64,000 nucleotides of DNA, taken from Eledone cirrhosa (taxonomy: Eukaryota). Shown here one piece after another: positions 39,941-53,157 of this stretch. The stretch's first letter is position 1; every line of letters starts with the position of its first letter. The stretch spans positions 181,102,001 through 181,166,000 of the forward strand of contig OZ024741.1 of NCBI GenBank assembly GCA_964016885.1, given 5' to 3'. The notes beneath the pieces were generated by a model. It saw nothing but the letters and a program-made list of their open reading frames with translations, made no database searches and was not told the DNA's origin. A program made the position numbers and the translations under genes.

Positions 39941-41725
39941 TAGAAGGGGTATTTAATTTGTTGGAAGTCCGACAAATATAAATGTTTATAACTGATTTAG
40001 AGCACTCAACAGTTTACTGGAGTAAATATTCAATGATATTAAATAAATGGAAACTATAGACGGGTTACTTGGTATAATGGTCCATTTTATCTACAAATTA
40101 AAGACAATATCCCTAAAAAATTCTTTGCTATCCTAGAGAAAAACTTCCCATCAAACCATAAATACCATCAAATTTTAAATAGATCAACTGTCAAATTTTC
40201 CTACTCCACTACCAAAAATATACAACAGAATATAAATGCGTACAACGCATATAAGTGTAAAAACCCCACAAATATACCACCAACACATCAAACCAACCAT
40301 AATACTAAAATAAACCGCAACAAACCACCATCTCCTTCACCTATAACAAGTCGAGTAAACTCCACACCAAATTTGACTAACTCCCCTGATATAATATTCA
40401 CGAATGGTTGTAACTGTAGAATCAAAAGAAATTGCCCATTAAAGGGAAATTGTCTTATTAATAACATAGTCTATAAATGTAAAATTAGCACTAAGGACTC
40501 CACTTATTCATATATATAGGAGCTACGTCTAACCAATTTAAAGGAAGATTTAATACCCACAAACATAGTTTTAAAAATGCCGCATTAGCTAATACAACAT
40601 CCTTGGCTGAAACAATTAATAATTATAGAAAGAAGACTATTGATTACAACCTGACCTGGAGCGTGCTCAAAAGGGCCACCCCTTATCAAAATAGCAGATA
40701 CGAGTGTAGGTTATGCTCCCAGGAACTTTTTGAAATCATGAAATCTAAGGATATCCTATTAAATAAACGACAGGAATTAATTATATCTTGCAATCATAGA
40801 ATTAGAAGAACCTTCAAATATTATAAACCTAATTAATATACACCTTACTCTTATATTTTACAAATTATTATAATTCGTTTTTTTAATTTAGTTAACCTAT
40901 AATTAGTATTTTACTACCGAGAACTTCATAATTTATTTCCCTTACAGCTCTCTTTTCCTAAAATTAATACCTAAAATTATACCTATAAATTAATTTAATT
41001 TCCTGTTATGTATCTAGATTCCTTGTAGTTTAAATAAGATTGGTATTTCTCAATACTACCCTTATCCCAAAATTTTACTTTCCTTCGTTTTTAACAACAA
41101 TCTTTAATAACATCTAATTCTTATTTATCACATTCATATGAATTAATATAACTTTATCCCTATAATTTAATTTAACCTATCATTTAATTTAATTTCTTGT
41201 TATAGATCTATATTCCTTGTGGTTTAAATAAGATTGGTATTTCTTACTAATACCCTTACCCTAAAGTTTTATTTTCCTTCGTTTTTAACATTATTCTTTA
41301 ATAACATCAAATTTTCGTGTACCCTTCACTATCTTCTTGACTTGACCTCTTTTCATCCCCAAAATATTATTTTTATTCAAAACATAAGCCTGCATTCTTC
41401 TACCCCTAAATTCAATTTCTACTACTGATATTCTATCAACTTGACCTCTAACTACTTTTCTATTGGTCAATTCAAAACCTGTTCCCAAACAGACCTTTTA
41501 TATTAAATCTTTGTTGGTTTTTTCAATAAACACATCTCATCATTTCTGAGGACCGCATGTATATGTGAAGGTATGTATATTTCCTCTGATAATTTGTAAT
41601 ATTTTTACATAGATCTATATGATATACATACCAACACACACATATACATCCCAGAAACGATCGTAAAATGATGAATTGTTTAATATAAGGAACTTGTTCT
41701 TTGTTTTTATTTCATTGTTTTATTA

Positions 41726-41730
<5 letters not shown>
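39940..41730 (+). mobile_element. 5'-truncated Penelope-like retroelement (frameshifted GIY-YIG endonuclease plus 3' pLTR)
   Basis: WYNGPF...FPSNHKYHQILNRSTVKFSYS...CNCR..CPL.GNC...YIGAT...RFNTHK...CRLCSQE...CNH; (TA)n on both sides. Confidence 0.88.
41538..41673 (+). ncRNA. Type I hammerhead ribozyme with ~100-nt stem II
   Basis: catcattt-CTGAGGA-(atgtatatgtg/cacatatacat; gtatgtatat/atatacatac)-GAAA-cgatcg-TA-aaatgatg; palindromic stem III. Confidence 0.8.
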
Positions 41731-41764
<34 letters not shown>

Positions 41765-41770
<6 letters not shown>

Positions 41771-42064
41771 GTAGTTTAGAAAGCCACAACAATGCAGATG
41801 GGAAATCTCGAGGTAGGAAGTGAGTGAGAAATAGGAGAAAAGTGAAAATTGAGAGAAACGAAAAAAAAAAAAAAAAACGAAAACAAAACAAAGGTAGATT
41901 AAATCTCCACTACGGTAACCCTTCTACCTTTGTTTTGTTTTGTTTTCGTTTTTTTTTTTTTTTTTTTCGTTTCTCTCAATTTTCACTTTTCTCTTATTTC
42001 TCACTCACTTCCTACCTCGAGATTTCCCATCTGCATTGTTGTGGCTTTCTAAACTACATATTTT
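41765..42064. repeat. Near-perfect hairpin, ~135-bp arms with 24-nt loop
   Basis: Direct reverse-complement match; (TA)n nearby on both sides. Confidence 0.9.
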
Positions 42065-42100
42065 ACATATTTCACAATGCTTCAAGCAAACTTTAACACC

Positions 42101-42148
<48 letters not shown>

Positions 42149-42377
42149 AATATATCAACTAACATAAGCGCACAGATGCACGCCTATGCCAGCAAATACA
42201 CAGGTTATGTCATAGTACCTAGGTGGTTCAATGCAGGAGGATGCAGAACAATAATATAAAAGACGTAAAATAAGAAAATCTTTTTTAAAAAAATTTTTTA
42301 AAAAATTTTTTACTTACTTACGTAAGTAAAAAATAAAAAAAAAAAATTTTTTTAAAAAGATTTTCTTATTTTACGTC

Positions 42378-42466
<89 letters not shown>

Positions 42467-42692
42467 GGTGTGTGTGTGTTTGTGTGTATCTATCTATCTA
42501 TCTCTATAAATATATGAAGCGAAACAAAGTTAGTAGTTATAGTTAGAAGAAATAACTCGAATAACTAGTTTACTTTTAACATAATATTTACTTCACTTCA
42601 GTCAAAAAGAACAACAAATAAGTTACCACGAGTTGCGAAGGTTGACAATGTTATTTTGTTGTTGGTTCGTGAGGCTGATATAGTCTACGACC

Positions 42693-42879
<187 letters not shown>

Positions 42880-43073
42880 ATGGTCTGTAGACCTCTGCAG
42901 CCTGTAGTAGGCGGTGAATCTTGACATAGCTTGTCTGTAGAGTACGGCTCCGATCTCTCTGTGTGTTAGACGTGGGATCATACAGGCTTTATATCTGTCC
43001 ACGCCGAAAAGGATGGTGACCTAGAATTTGACCTGTAGGTGTCACCCAAGGTTCAAGGCGTGGACAGATTTCG

Positions 43074-43109
<36 letters not shown>

Positions 43110-43513
43110 TCTTGTGTGTCTGTGTCTATATATGTATGGTTGCATGCATGAATACACTAAGCTTTAGATTTAGTAGAATGTACAGCCACTGATTCCAGCT
43201 ATTTGCCCTATCATATATTTTGGTTTCTAGTAATTCCCTGGGGAATTGGTGGACCAAATGCTTTGCTTAATTGTTTTATTTATTTAAAAAAAAAATTATT
43301 CTTTCTCTTAGAGTTCAGATATGTTTTGAAAGCAAAGCATTGGCCCCTAAAATACTACAGTGGGCCCTGTAATGCTACTGTGGGCTCTTGCAATGCTACC
43401 GTGGGCCACCTAGGGCTCAATTGCCATTGGGCAACCTGGCAACCTAGCCAGTCCGCCACTGTATATGTCCAGCTGTAACTCTTTAAAATTTAGACACAGA
43501 AACACATGTATAG

Positions 43514-43970
43514 CAGGTGCGGTGGAACTGGTGGACAGGGGGCCATGATTCCCCCAGTAATCATATTCTTCTCCCCAAACTACCAAAACACACATCTATT
43601 TGTATACGCGCTACAATTTATGTACATGTTTTGTTTATCGCATATTGAAGTTTTTTTAATATATCTTGGTTGATATTTGATAATAACAGCTAAACTAATC
43701 ACTACAACTAAATTGACCAGATTTGGCCCCTCCAATTCAGAAATGCTTCCACTGCCCCTGCATAGTTCGATTTAGACAATTTAGTTGTAGTGATTAGTTT
43801 AGCTCTTTACACTTTAAAATGGCCAGACAATTTTGATATGCGATAAACATAACATGTACATATATTGTAGCGCATATACAAATAGATCTGTGTTTTGGTA
43901 GTTTGGGGAGAAAATATAATTATTCGAGGGAGGAAGGGCATGCCCCCCCCCCCCAGTTCCACCGCCACTG
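43514..43970. mobile_element. hAT-like MITE with long imperfect TIRs
   Basis: gcggtggaactgg / ccagttccaccgc termini and ~200-bp inverted arms. Confidence 0.7.
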
Positions 43971-44073
43971 TATATATATAATTAAAAAAAATTATGCTCT
44001 GTGCTTTTCCCTAAGGGGTTAAAATATCGAGCTTCTTCGCATTTGGTAAACTGGTATTATACCTAATTTATTC

Positions 44074-44168
<95 letters not shown>

Positions 44169-44539
44169 TCATTTATAAATTTATAATTGTTTCTACTATT
44201 GGCACAAGGCCAGAAATTACTCAGTACATTACTGGTACTTTATTTTATCGACCCCGTAAGGTGAAAGATTGGTGAGCTTTGTTTCTTTAAAGTTTCATCT
44301 GCGAACTCACAGGATGAAAAGTAAATGAATAAGCCAGGAAAAATGATTTCATGATGTCAAATCTACAATTGATTTTACATAATCTAGAATGAAGAACACT
44401 TGAATCTTGTCTGTTTGTATTGATATTATATAGCATCGCTAAAACAACTTAAGTTACCTACTACATGGTCATGTGATGTATTGCACACACACACACACAC
44501 ACGCACACACACGCACACACGCACGCACGGACGCGCGCG

Positions 44540-44574
<35 letters not shown>

Positions 44575-45249
44575 GTGTTAATATATTTCACTTCGTCCGC
44601 CATATAGTTTTCACTTTATCGAACGGACGTCGGAGAGAACTAAGTAGCTTGCTTTATCATATGATGGCTACTCACGTTTTGATTAGTGGAAATTAGGTTG
44701 TTATTAAATTTGCGCCTACATATGGAACTAATTCACTAAAAAGTTATTCTGAATATAACTCTTCTGGAACCTGGTTTAATGAGTGTTATTATCTACAGCC
44801 TATATATACCCAATAAAGATCGATGTAGCGTATGGATATAGCCTTTCTCTATCAGTCTTTATGTCCGATTGTAGCAATACGATATGCCTACTCTCATTCA
44901 TTTCCCTCCGTCTCTCTATTCGAAAGATAAGGAGCACACAGATACAAAACTACCAGCAATTTATAAATTAACAATATATTGAACACGAAAAAATTCTGGT
45001 TTTGAATCATTGGAACAGTGATGGCACCGACATTCGGGTTATAAATTATAATGTCGGCTTAAGCACAGGGCTCGGTTGGCCAGGAAGGGGTGGGGACAGC
45101 TTCACGCAAAAAAAAAAATTGTTTATTTCCTTCAAGGCCCAAGTAAGGGACCTCATTACTTAACTAGCACAGGGCTTCATTTGTCTTAAATCTGGCACTG
45201 GTTATAATCATCACTAAAGACGTAAAACGTCGAGTGTCTAAATACCGCC

Positions 45250-47400
45250 ATCATGTCCTTGATTGGCTTTAGCGGACATCCCTCTGTTGCAAGAATTTGA
45301 ACCCTATTACCGATCGGAGGATAGGTCCCTCCCTATAGTCATCAATCATGGAGGCCCTGAAAAGCGTCTTAGGTGCAGCCTTTCCTCGGGTGCTACTTTA
45401 ACATGTGGTTAACTTGGTCTGTTACACTTTCATCATTCTCACACTGCAGCTAAACCAAAATAGACTCAACAATCGATTTCCACATAGCTCTGTCGCTTAT
45501 TGCATTTCATTGCCTAGATTCCAAACACCAATACCGGAGTCTCTGGTTATGGCATCAGGATAGGAGACTTTGCGACCTTTTTGGTTTTTGACAGATATTG
45601 GTTTCCAAAGCACCAAAGGAGACACAGCTTCTCTTGAAGCGTGTTGGCAATGGCTTGCAAACCACACCCTCTTCTTTTGCACGATAACAGAAACATGAGG
45701 GAGACGATTGTACGAAGGTCGGCTAAAAAGTCCATAGGCTGACCAAGATACTCTCATGGATTCTGACCAAATCAGGTTTATTTTTCAATGTAGTCTTCTT
45801 TGCGGTCCACGTACTTCTATCAGTGTTGCAGTACTTGAATCTCATTGGTGAAGATGCTTTCATCTTGTTGGTAAAAGAATGTCAACAACAGCAGATATGA
45901 CGTCATCAACAATGCGATATTGGTTCCCAGGCAAGTGTTTTTTCATGTTGGGGAAGGGATAATAGTCAGATTGGGCTAAGTCAGGAGAATAGGTTGTGTG
46001 ATTAACCAGTTCAAAGACACATTCTCGCACATCAGCCATTGAAACCAAGGGCTTGTGTGCTGAAGCATTGTCGTGTTGAAACAAGACCACTTTCCCCAGT
46101 TTTCCTGGGCGTGTGGTCTTGATAGCTTTTCGAACTGCCTCAGCAAGTTGGCATAGTACGCACTATTGATAATGTGGCCCTTTTGAAGATACTCAATAAA
46201 CACAATGTCTTTTGCAGCCTCAAACTAAGGTAATCACCTTTCTTGCAGATGGATGAAACGACCTTGGCCTTATTTGGAGCAGATGAGGAGGGGGGTGTTT
46301 CCACTGCATGGATTGTCTCTTTGTTTCTGGCTCAAAGTGATGAACGCAACACTCATCCAAGATTAGAAAATGTTCAAGGAAACCAGCTGGATCTGTCTCA
46401 AACAATGTTAGATTTTCCCGTGATGTGATCAGCCTGGTATGGTTTTGATCAGGTGCCATAAGACGTGGCACAAACAGAGCAGAAACCTTCGTCATGCCAA
46501 GTTCATTGTGCTGAATATTCTCAACTCTCTCACGGGATATGCTAATAGCATTGGCTATTTGATTTATAGTCAATCGCTTGTTTTCCATCACCATTAATAA
46601 TGTTTTCCTCGGTGGTGGCAGTTTCAGGGCTTCCAGACCTTAGGTCATCTTCAAGACTTACCCTTCTCCTAAATTTAGCTGCCCACTTTTCCACTGTTAT
46701 TTAAGCTGGAACATCATCCCTTAATGTAGCAATCATGTCAGCATGAATGTCAATGACTAAACCCCTTTTCTGTAGGTACGATGCCAAATTTTGCCACGAT
46801 GCCAAATTTTGTATATTTTCAAGAGAAGTCGCTACTAGTTACTTTTGAAATTTTCTTTGAACAGTCAGATATCAGTTTACCTGGAAGGAAACAAGGCAGC
46901 TATTAATAAAACGAGTTGAAATTAATGTATGCAAAATTTCACAGCGCTGGTATCATTCTTTCATAGTCAGCTATGCACATTTCAGCCCACCCTCGTATAT
47001 TTCTCTAAAAGTCTTATGTTGTATCCAACGTATGTTTTGAGCCCGATGAAGCAAGGATGTATATGTTCCATCAAGGCGCTTTCCTTGCTTGATAGTAAAG
47101 TAGGATTCGTTGTATTGTAACTTGGAAGAGACCATGATCGTAAGTTCTCTTAATTTTACTTCCATCTTGTGCTTTGAGAGTGGATGAATTTGTAATGTAC
47201 ACAGTCTTGCTTTCATTGAGATGTAGACCAGCATGAGCAGATGCTTTCTGAAGAACCTTGAAAAGGTGTTGGGTATTTTTCATGCAGGCTGCTAGAAGAG
47301 CAATGCCATCTACAAAGTCATGACTGGGAAGATGTTTGGAGGAGTGTCTTTAGCCTGCGGTCTATTTGGCCATATATTGCAGTTCAGCATGCAGTCTACT
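45250..47400 (-). mobile_element. Degenerate RTE-like LINE 3' region split by the mariner
   Basis: GLHLNESKT, then WFASHC...LVLWKP...GRKVSYPD pieces on either side of the mariner. Confidence 0.65.
45713..46995 (-). mobile_element. Full-length (1283 bp) degenerate mariner inserted into a LINE
   Basis: TIRs, TA TSD; motifs FVPRL, DE..VHHFEPE, QHDNA, YSPDLA.SDY; frameshifts present. Confidence 0.93.
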
Positions 47401-47469
47401 TAAACTATAAATATTTTGTACTGCAGGATGATAAAAACAAGTTGAATAATGTTGAATAATGAATAGAGA

Positions 47470-48195
47470 AAGCGATATTCCGGAAGATGGGGAATGAGAA
47501 GTGTTGAAATAGCCATTTCAACTCACGGGGCTTACCACTGCGGGTGACCAGCTCTGTCTCGATAGCAACGTGCAGGGAGGTGGTTCGGGGACACAGAATG
47601 TCAGAAGTTTGCAGCGTTATAGATTCTACGTCAAACATTGCAAATCTGCAGATACCTCGTCAACTTGCAATCTTGAGCTTGTCGGGTCACGAAACCCGGG
47701 TCTGTTGCTGAATTTCACCAGGTTGCTGCTGGGTAAAGGGCAGCTGATATCGCGTTTCAGCTGAGAGACTTATCAATACGGAACGGGAAGATTATTATTC
47801 TATCTGTTTTTTTACCGCCCCTTAAATGGCATGGCAGTAGATGAAGACCAAAGGTATCCATCTTGGATTCGCAGTGGCATTTGTATTGCTCGCAGATCCG
47901 GTGGTGGAGCTTCAAGGAAACACCGATACGTCGACCAGTTGATAGAGAGAGTACGGCGTTTAGCCAGGCACCGTTATGGGGTTGGGAGGCAGAGCGGAAC
48001 CATACAAAAGGATGGTGGTTAAGCAGGTGCACGTGGCTGTACGAATCCATGTCTAAATGGATTACGTCCCATTTGGGGAGATTAGACGTCCAGAGAATGG
48101 AAGCGAAGTCGGCTCCAAACGTCGTAGGCCGCCACCTCGTGTTTCCTGATCATAGTAGTCATTGTTGTGTTGTGGAGAACCTTGTCAATAAGGAA
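47470..48195 (-). mobile_element. CRE-like non-LTR retrotransposon C-terminal fragment
   Basis: GAWLNA...C.C...D.FGLH.L.C zinc-knuckle region typical of RLE-bearing CRE elements. Confidence 0.65.
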
Positions 48196-48196
<1 letters not shown>

Positions 48197-48226
<30 letters not shown>

Positions 48227-48322
48227 CTTCTTCTTCTTCTTCTTCTTCTTCTTCTTCTTCTTCTTCTCCTCCTCCTCCTCCTCCTCCTCCTCCTCCTCCT
48301 CCTCCTCCTCCTCCTCCTCCTC
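48197..48322. repeat. (CTT)n(CCT)n compound microsatellite
   Basis: Direct. Confidence 0.98.
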
Positions 48323-49055
48323 CCCATTCTTGCCCTCTTATTCCTTGGATGGTCGTGGTAGCAGAGCCTTTATAGTCTGAGTTCAAATAACACCAAGATC
48401 AACATTGCCTTTCACCCTTCCTGGGTCGATAAAATAAAGTACTAGTCACATATTGCGGTCGATTTAATCGACTTTCCCCTTCCCTTTTAAAATTGCTGGT
48501 CATGAGCCTATATTAGAAGCCACCGAGGTTAACTTTGCCTTTCATCCTTACGGGGTCAATAACATAAAGTACCAGTAATGCACTGTGGTAATTGCTGGCC
48601 TTGTGCCAAAAGTAGAAACAATTATGATTATTACCTCTCTCAGATCACGGAATACTGAGCCTTTTAGTCTGTAATAATTGTTTCTGCTTTAGGCACAAGG
48701 CCAGCAATTAACCAGTGCATTACTGGTACTTTATTTTATCGACCCCGTAATGATGAAAGTCAAAGTTAACCTCGGCGGGATTTGAACTCAGATCGTAAAG
48801 GGACGTAACTATGCTGGAAAGCATGGTGTCTGACCCTCTACCGATACTGCCAATCCAAATAATGTTTCTTAGTTTTCTTACAGACTTTCCTTTAAATGCA
48901 AATCGGGCTCTTAGAGCAATAAGTGATATTTTTTAATGTGTAGAAAACATTAAAATGAGAAGTGTCAGCCGTCTCAAGTTACCAATAGTTCCTCTGTACT
49001 TACACTTGATAAGTACCTTATCCGGCCTCTTAAGAAAGTGTCAGGGTGAGCAATT

Positions 49056-49117
<62 letters not shown>

Positions 49118-49299
49118 ATATAATACACACACATACACAAATATGTAAGTATATATATATATATATATATATATATTCTTTGCTTAAACTTTAATCTGTT
49201 ATTTTAATAAATATATATATATATATATATATAGTAAGTGCCGTACTAAGAGTGAGAAATGAAATTTCGTTTCATTCTATTCCATTTATATATATATAT

Positions 49300-49340
<41 letters not shown>

Positions 49341-49759
49341 ATAAAGGAAACAAAACAAATATAGGGATGCAAAAATACAGTTATATTAGGTCTATGCTTG
49401 GAGAAATAGAGGAGGGTTCGACGTTTTGGATAGAAGCCCTACATATACATATATAAGGAGGGGGAGCAGGAGGAGGAGACCCCCTTCGGTCATAGCTGAC
49501 GAATGGTTTGCATCTAGAAAGTTACTCTGTTAGGGACAAGCTCAGGCAAGGTGATTTTTTTTGTGGAAGACCAGCAGGCGTCCATCCATTCCAATCTCAC
49601 TTTTCCATATCACAGATGATGTCCAGGAGAAAGGCCGATATAGTTTGACACCAGCTTGGTGAGCTGAACACTCTAACCACTAAACCACGCACATTCTCAC
49701 ACACACACACACACTCACACTCACAGAGAGACACATGTATATATATATATACATATATA

Positions 49760-50985
49760 AAACATTTATACTCAGTCTGGCAAAGAGATGCAGGGAGATT
49801 GTGGAGTCCAAGCTGCTAGCTGATGAACAGTGAAGTTTCGCCCCGGAAGCATCACAGCCGATCAAATATTCACACTGCAGCAGGTATTCGAGAAATCGTG
49901 GGAGTATTGCCAAGAGGAGTATTCTTGTTTCGCAGACCATAAAAAGGCATATGACCTTTGTGAAAGGTCGTGCAGGAGTATGGGATCGATGCTCAGTTTC
50001 TTGTTGCCCCGATGTCTCAATACGAATGACCGAGTATTTGCTTTCGGATAAATGGTGCTAAATCGAAACCATTGAATGTGGGAGTCGGATTCCACCAAGC
50101 GCGCGTACTGTCACAACTAATCCCGCCGAGGTTGACTTTGCCTTTCATCCTTACGGGGTCGATAAAATAAAGTACCAGTAATGCACTGGGTAATTGCTGG
50201 CCTTGTGCCTAAGGTAGAAACAATTATTTACATGAACAGGAGTGACATATGCAGCCGGGTTGGAAGTGGTATCACGACTGACATGTGTGGAATCAGTCGG
50301 CTGGTATTTGCAGACAACATGGTGTTACTTAACTCGACAGAAGGTGAAATCCGACTTGCACTTGATAGGTTTGAAAATCAGTGCTGTGAAAACTGAGACA
50401 CTCGTCCTCTCAAGGAAGCCTGCTCAGTGCCCTCTATATGTGAATGGAGTACTATTGAAGCAGGTGGAGAAGTTCAAGTATCTCGGAGCTATGTTCACGA
50501 GTGATGGAAGGCAGGAGACTGAATTAAGTGCAAGAATTGCAGGAGCTGGTGCAGTAATGCGCCAGCTTCAGTATTCGGTAATCAGAAGAAGGGAGGTTGG
50601 TTTAAAAGCCAAAAAGAATATGATCGCGAATACAAGCGGCCGAAATGGGATTCTTCCAAGGGGTCGTTGAGTAATGTTTCTCGAAAGAGTGCGTAGCACA
50701 GAGATTAGAGATTCACTTCAGAGCTGTTACGTTTCCGAATTGAGAGATCACAGTTCCGTTACTATGTCTCAGGAAAGAATCGTTGGACAGATTTTACGGG
50801 CAAAACCAACCACCAGGAGACCCAGGGATAAACCCCAAGCAAGTTAGATAAGATCCATGAATTGGTTGGTCTCGCTTAAGGATCCAGCCGAATCTGTTGG
50901 AGACGGTTGCTTCTTCAGGACCTTCTGGAAGGAGTGTTTAAGGGCTTCCCACACGACCCTCTCAGGAATAAGTGAGTGAAGAAGA
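49760..50985 (+). mobile_element. RTE-like LINE fragment with a SINE inserted at 50120-50228
   Basis: FRPGSITADQIFTLQQVFEKSWEY, KKAYD, LVFADNMVL, VEKFKYLG. Confidence 0.88.
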
Positions 50986-51406
50986 TATACATATATATCT
51001 GAATACACACACACACATGCACGCACACACACACACATGCGCACACACACATGCGCGCGCGCGCACACACACACACACATATATATACCAATTGCTAAAT
51101 ATATATATAAATGTAAATGCAAGGTGTATTAAAATGTAATTAACTTTATATAAATTCATGAAAATTATTAAAAAGGTCATTTGTTATATGTATTATATAT
51201 ATATACAGGGTGTATCAAACATGCTATATTTCAAAAGGCTATTTTTTAAAAACAAATGGCCATATAATCACTCGTACAATGTATGTTTGAATATAAAGTT
51301 TTCTTTTTTTTTTATAGTATGAATGTTTATGAAGTTATTTACATATTGAGCATTAGTAAAAATTGTAAATGAAATCGGATGATTCGTTTTGATACACCTT
51401 GCACAG

Positions 51407-51437
<31 letters not shown>

Positions 51438-52032
51438 CAAACATCTCTCTCTCTCTCTATATATATACATATATATATATATACATATATATTTATATAT
51501 ATATATATAATCTGAGTTTTTCGAATATTAATAATAACATTCGATTCATTTGCAATTATGCAAACAAGCCTCAATTTTATAGTATAGCTATGTCAGTAGA
51601 ATGAACCCTTCATTCTTGCTCTTGTGTTGGCATGTAAACAGAACCGCAGACACTAATGTTTCTGGCTATCACCCTCCATAAGTACAGTCACTGTTCACCT
51701 GCCAGACTGTCAGAGCTAGTGAAAATATATGCTATTTTCAAAAATACACAGTGACTGATCGGCCTGATTTGCATATTAGCAGACTGGCTGATCAGTCAGA
51801 TCTGCATATTAGCAGATCCACTGATCAATCAGATTTGCATATCAGCATACTGGCCAGTCAGTTTCCTGTATACGAGCGATAAATGGCCGGCTTTGCCAAA
51901 TTCAAATAAAAAAGAAAATTTTCACTCCACATGGCTGAATACAATAAATGTAATCTGAGTTTTTCGAATATTAATAATAACATTCGATTCGTTTGCAATT
52001 ATGCAAACACGCCTCAATTTATAGCCATATAC

Positions 52033-52084
<52 letters not shown>

Positions 52085-52085
<1 letters not shown>

Positions 52086-52359
52086 CTTCCATATGGGAGC
52101 ATCCCAAATGTCAGCTCAAAAGTGACACAGAGGAGACAGGTTAGCTGGACACGCTCACCGACATCCAGAGTTGACATTGCACTCAGTGCTCCTTTGGGAG
52201 CCCCTACATGGACACACTAGAAGAGGAAGACCAAGGTTAACGTATGTTGATGCCCTAAGGACAGACACTGGTCTGTTGGAGATGCAGGACATGGCAGCGA
52301 TAATGAGGGACAGAGACCGCTGGAGAGAAGTCGTCCATGGATCTCGGGAATTTTACCCG

Positions 52360-52362
<3 letters not shown>
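52085..52362 (+). mobile_element. RTE-like LINE 3' fragment inside (TA)n
   Basis: RLAGH..RH...LLWEP.HG..RRGRP.LTYVD...RDRDRWR. Confidence 0.8.
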
Positions 52363-52404
<42 letters not shown>

Positions 52405-53118
52405 TAAACGGAATAGAAAATATATATTCATACACACACACACACATATATATATATGTATATATATGTATATATGTATATATGTATATATGTAGGGACC
52501 TCTTCAAAAAAAGTTATTTATGGCACATGGCGGTAATTAGTTATGGACATGATGTTTTCTCAAGAGCTAAGGAGATTGAATTTTGATAAGGATAAATGGT
52601 CCCATTTGTTAGATAAGCAAGAGGTAATCATGAACCAAATGAGAAACATTGATAAGTGTGGTGATATGACCTCATTCAAATGTAAGTGAGCAGGGATGAT
52701 AATAAGACACTTGGCAAGTGATTACATGTACAGCAACGTTATAAGCGAAAGAATACGTCTTTTCACTGGAATTAATTAAAGACTAACAGCTTTGATAGAA
52801 CAAGGCTTGTTTTCTGTATTCCAAACAAGGTTTCTACTTGTTTCTGTCATTCGACTACTGTGCAACGATTCCTAATGTGGGCGCTGGGAGACTCTGGAGG
52901 CGGGGGAACTGATAGGGATTCGTTGGAAGGCAAGGAGTGATGAGGGAGGAAAAAGGCAAAGAATAAAAATTAGTAGTTGTTTGTATAAATGCTTAAATAA
53001 AATAGAATTAATATCTAATTCATAAGGCAAAAAGTACTTAACTTTTGATGGAGTCGTAGGGCACTTTAAACCTGACGAAGCCTATCCCCTCTCCAGGTCT
53101 GATTTCAGTCGATTTCGT

Positions 53119-53157
<39 letters not shown>

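Noticed and set aside
42880-43075. GC-richer coding-like fragment between microsatellites (also 55700-56260 and 62450-62675)
   Set aside because: Probably retroelement scraps; no diagnostic motif or splice structure recognised.
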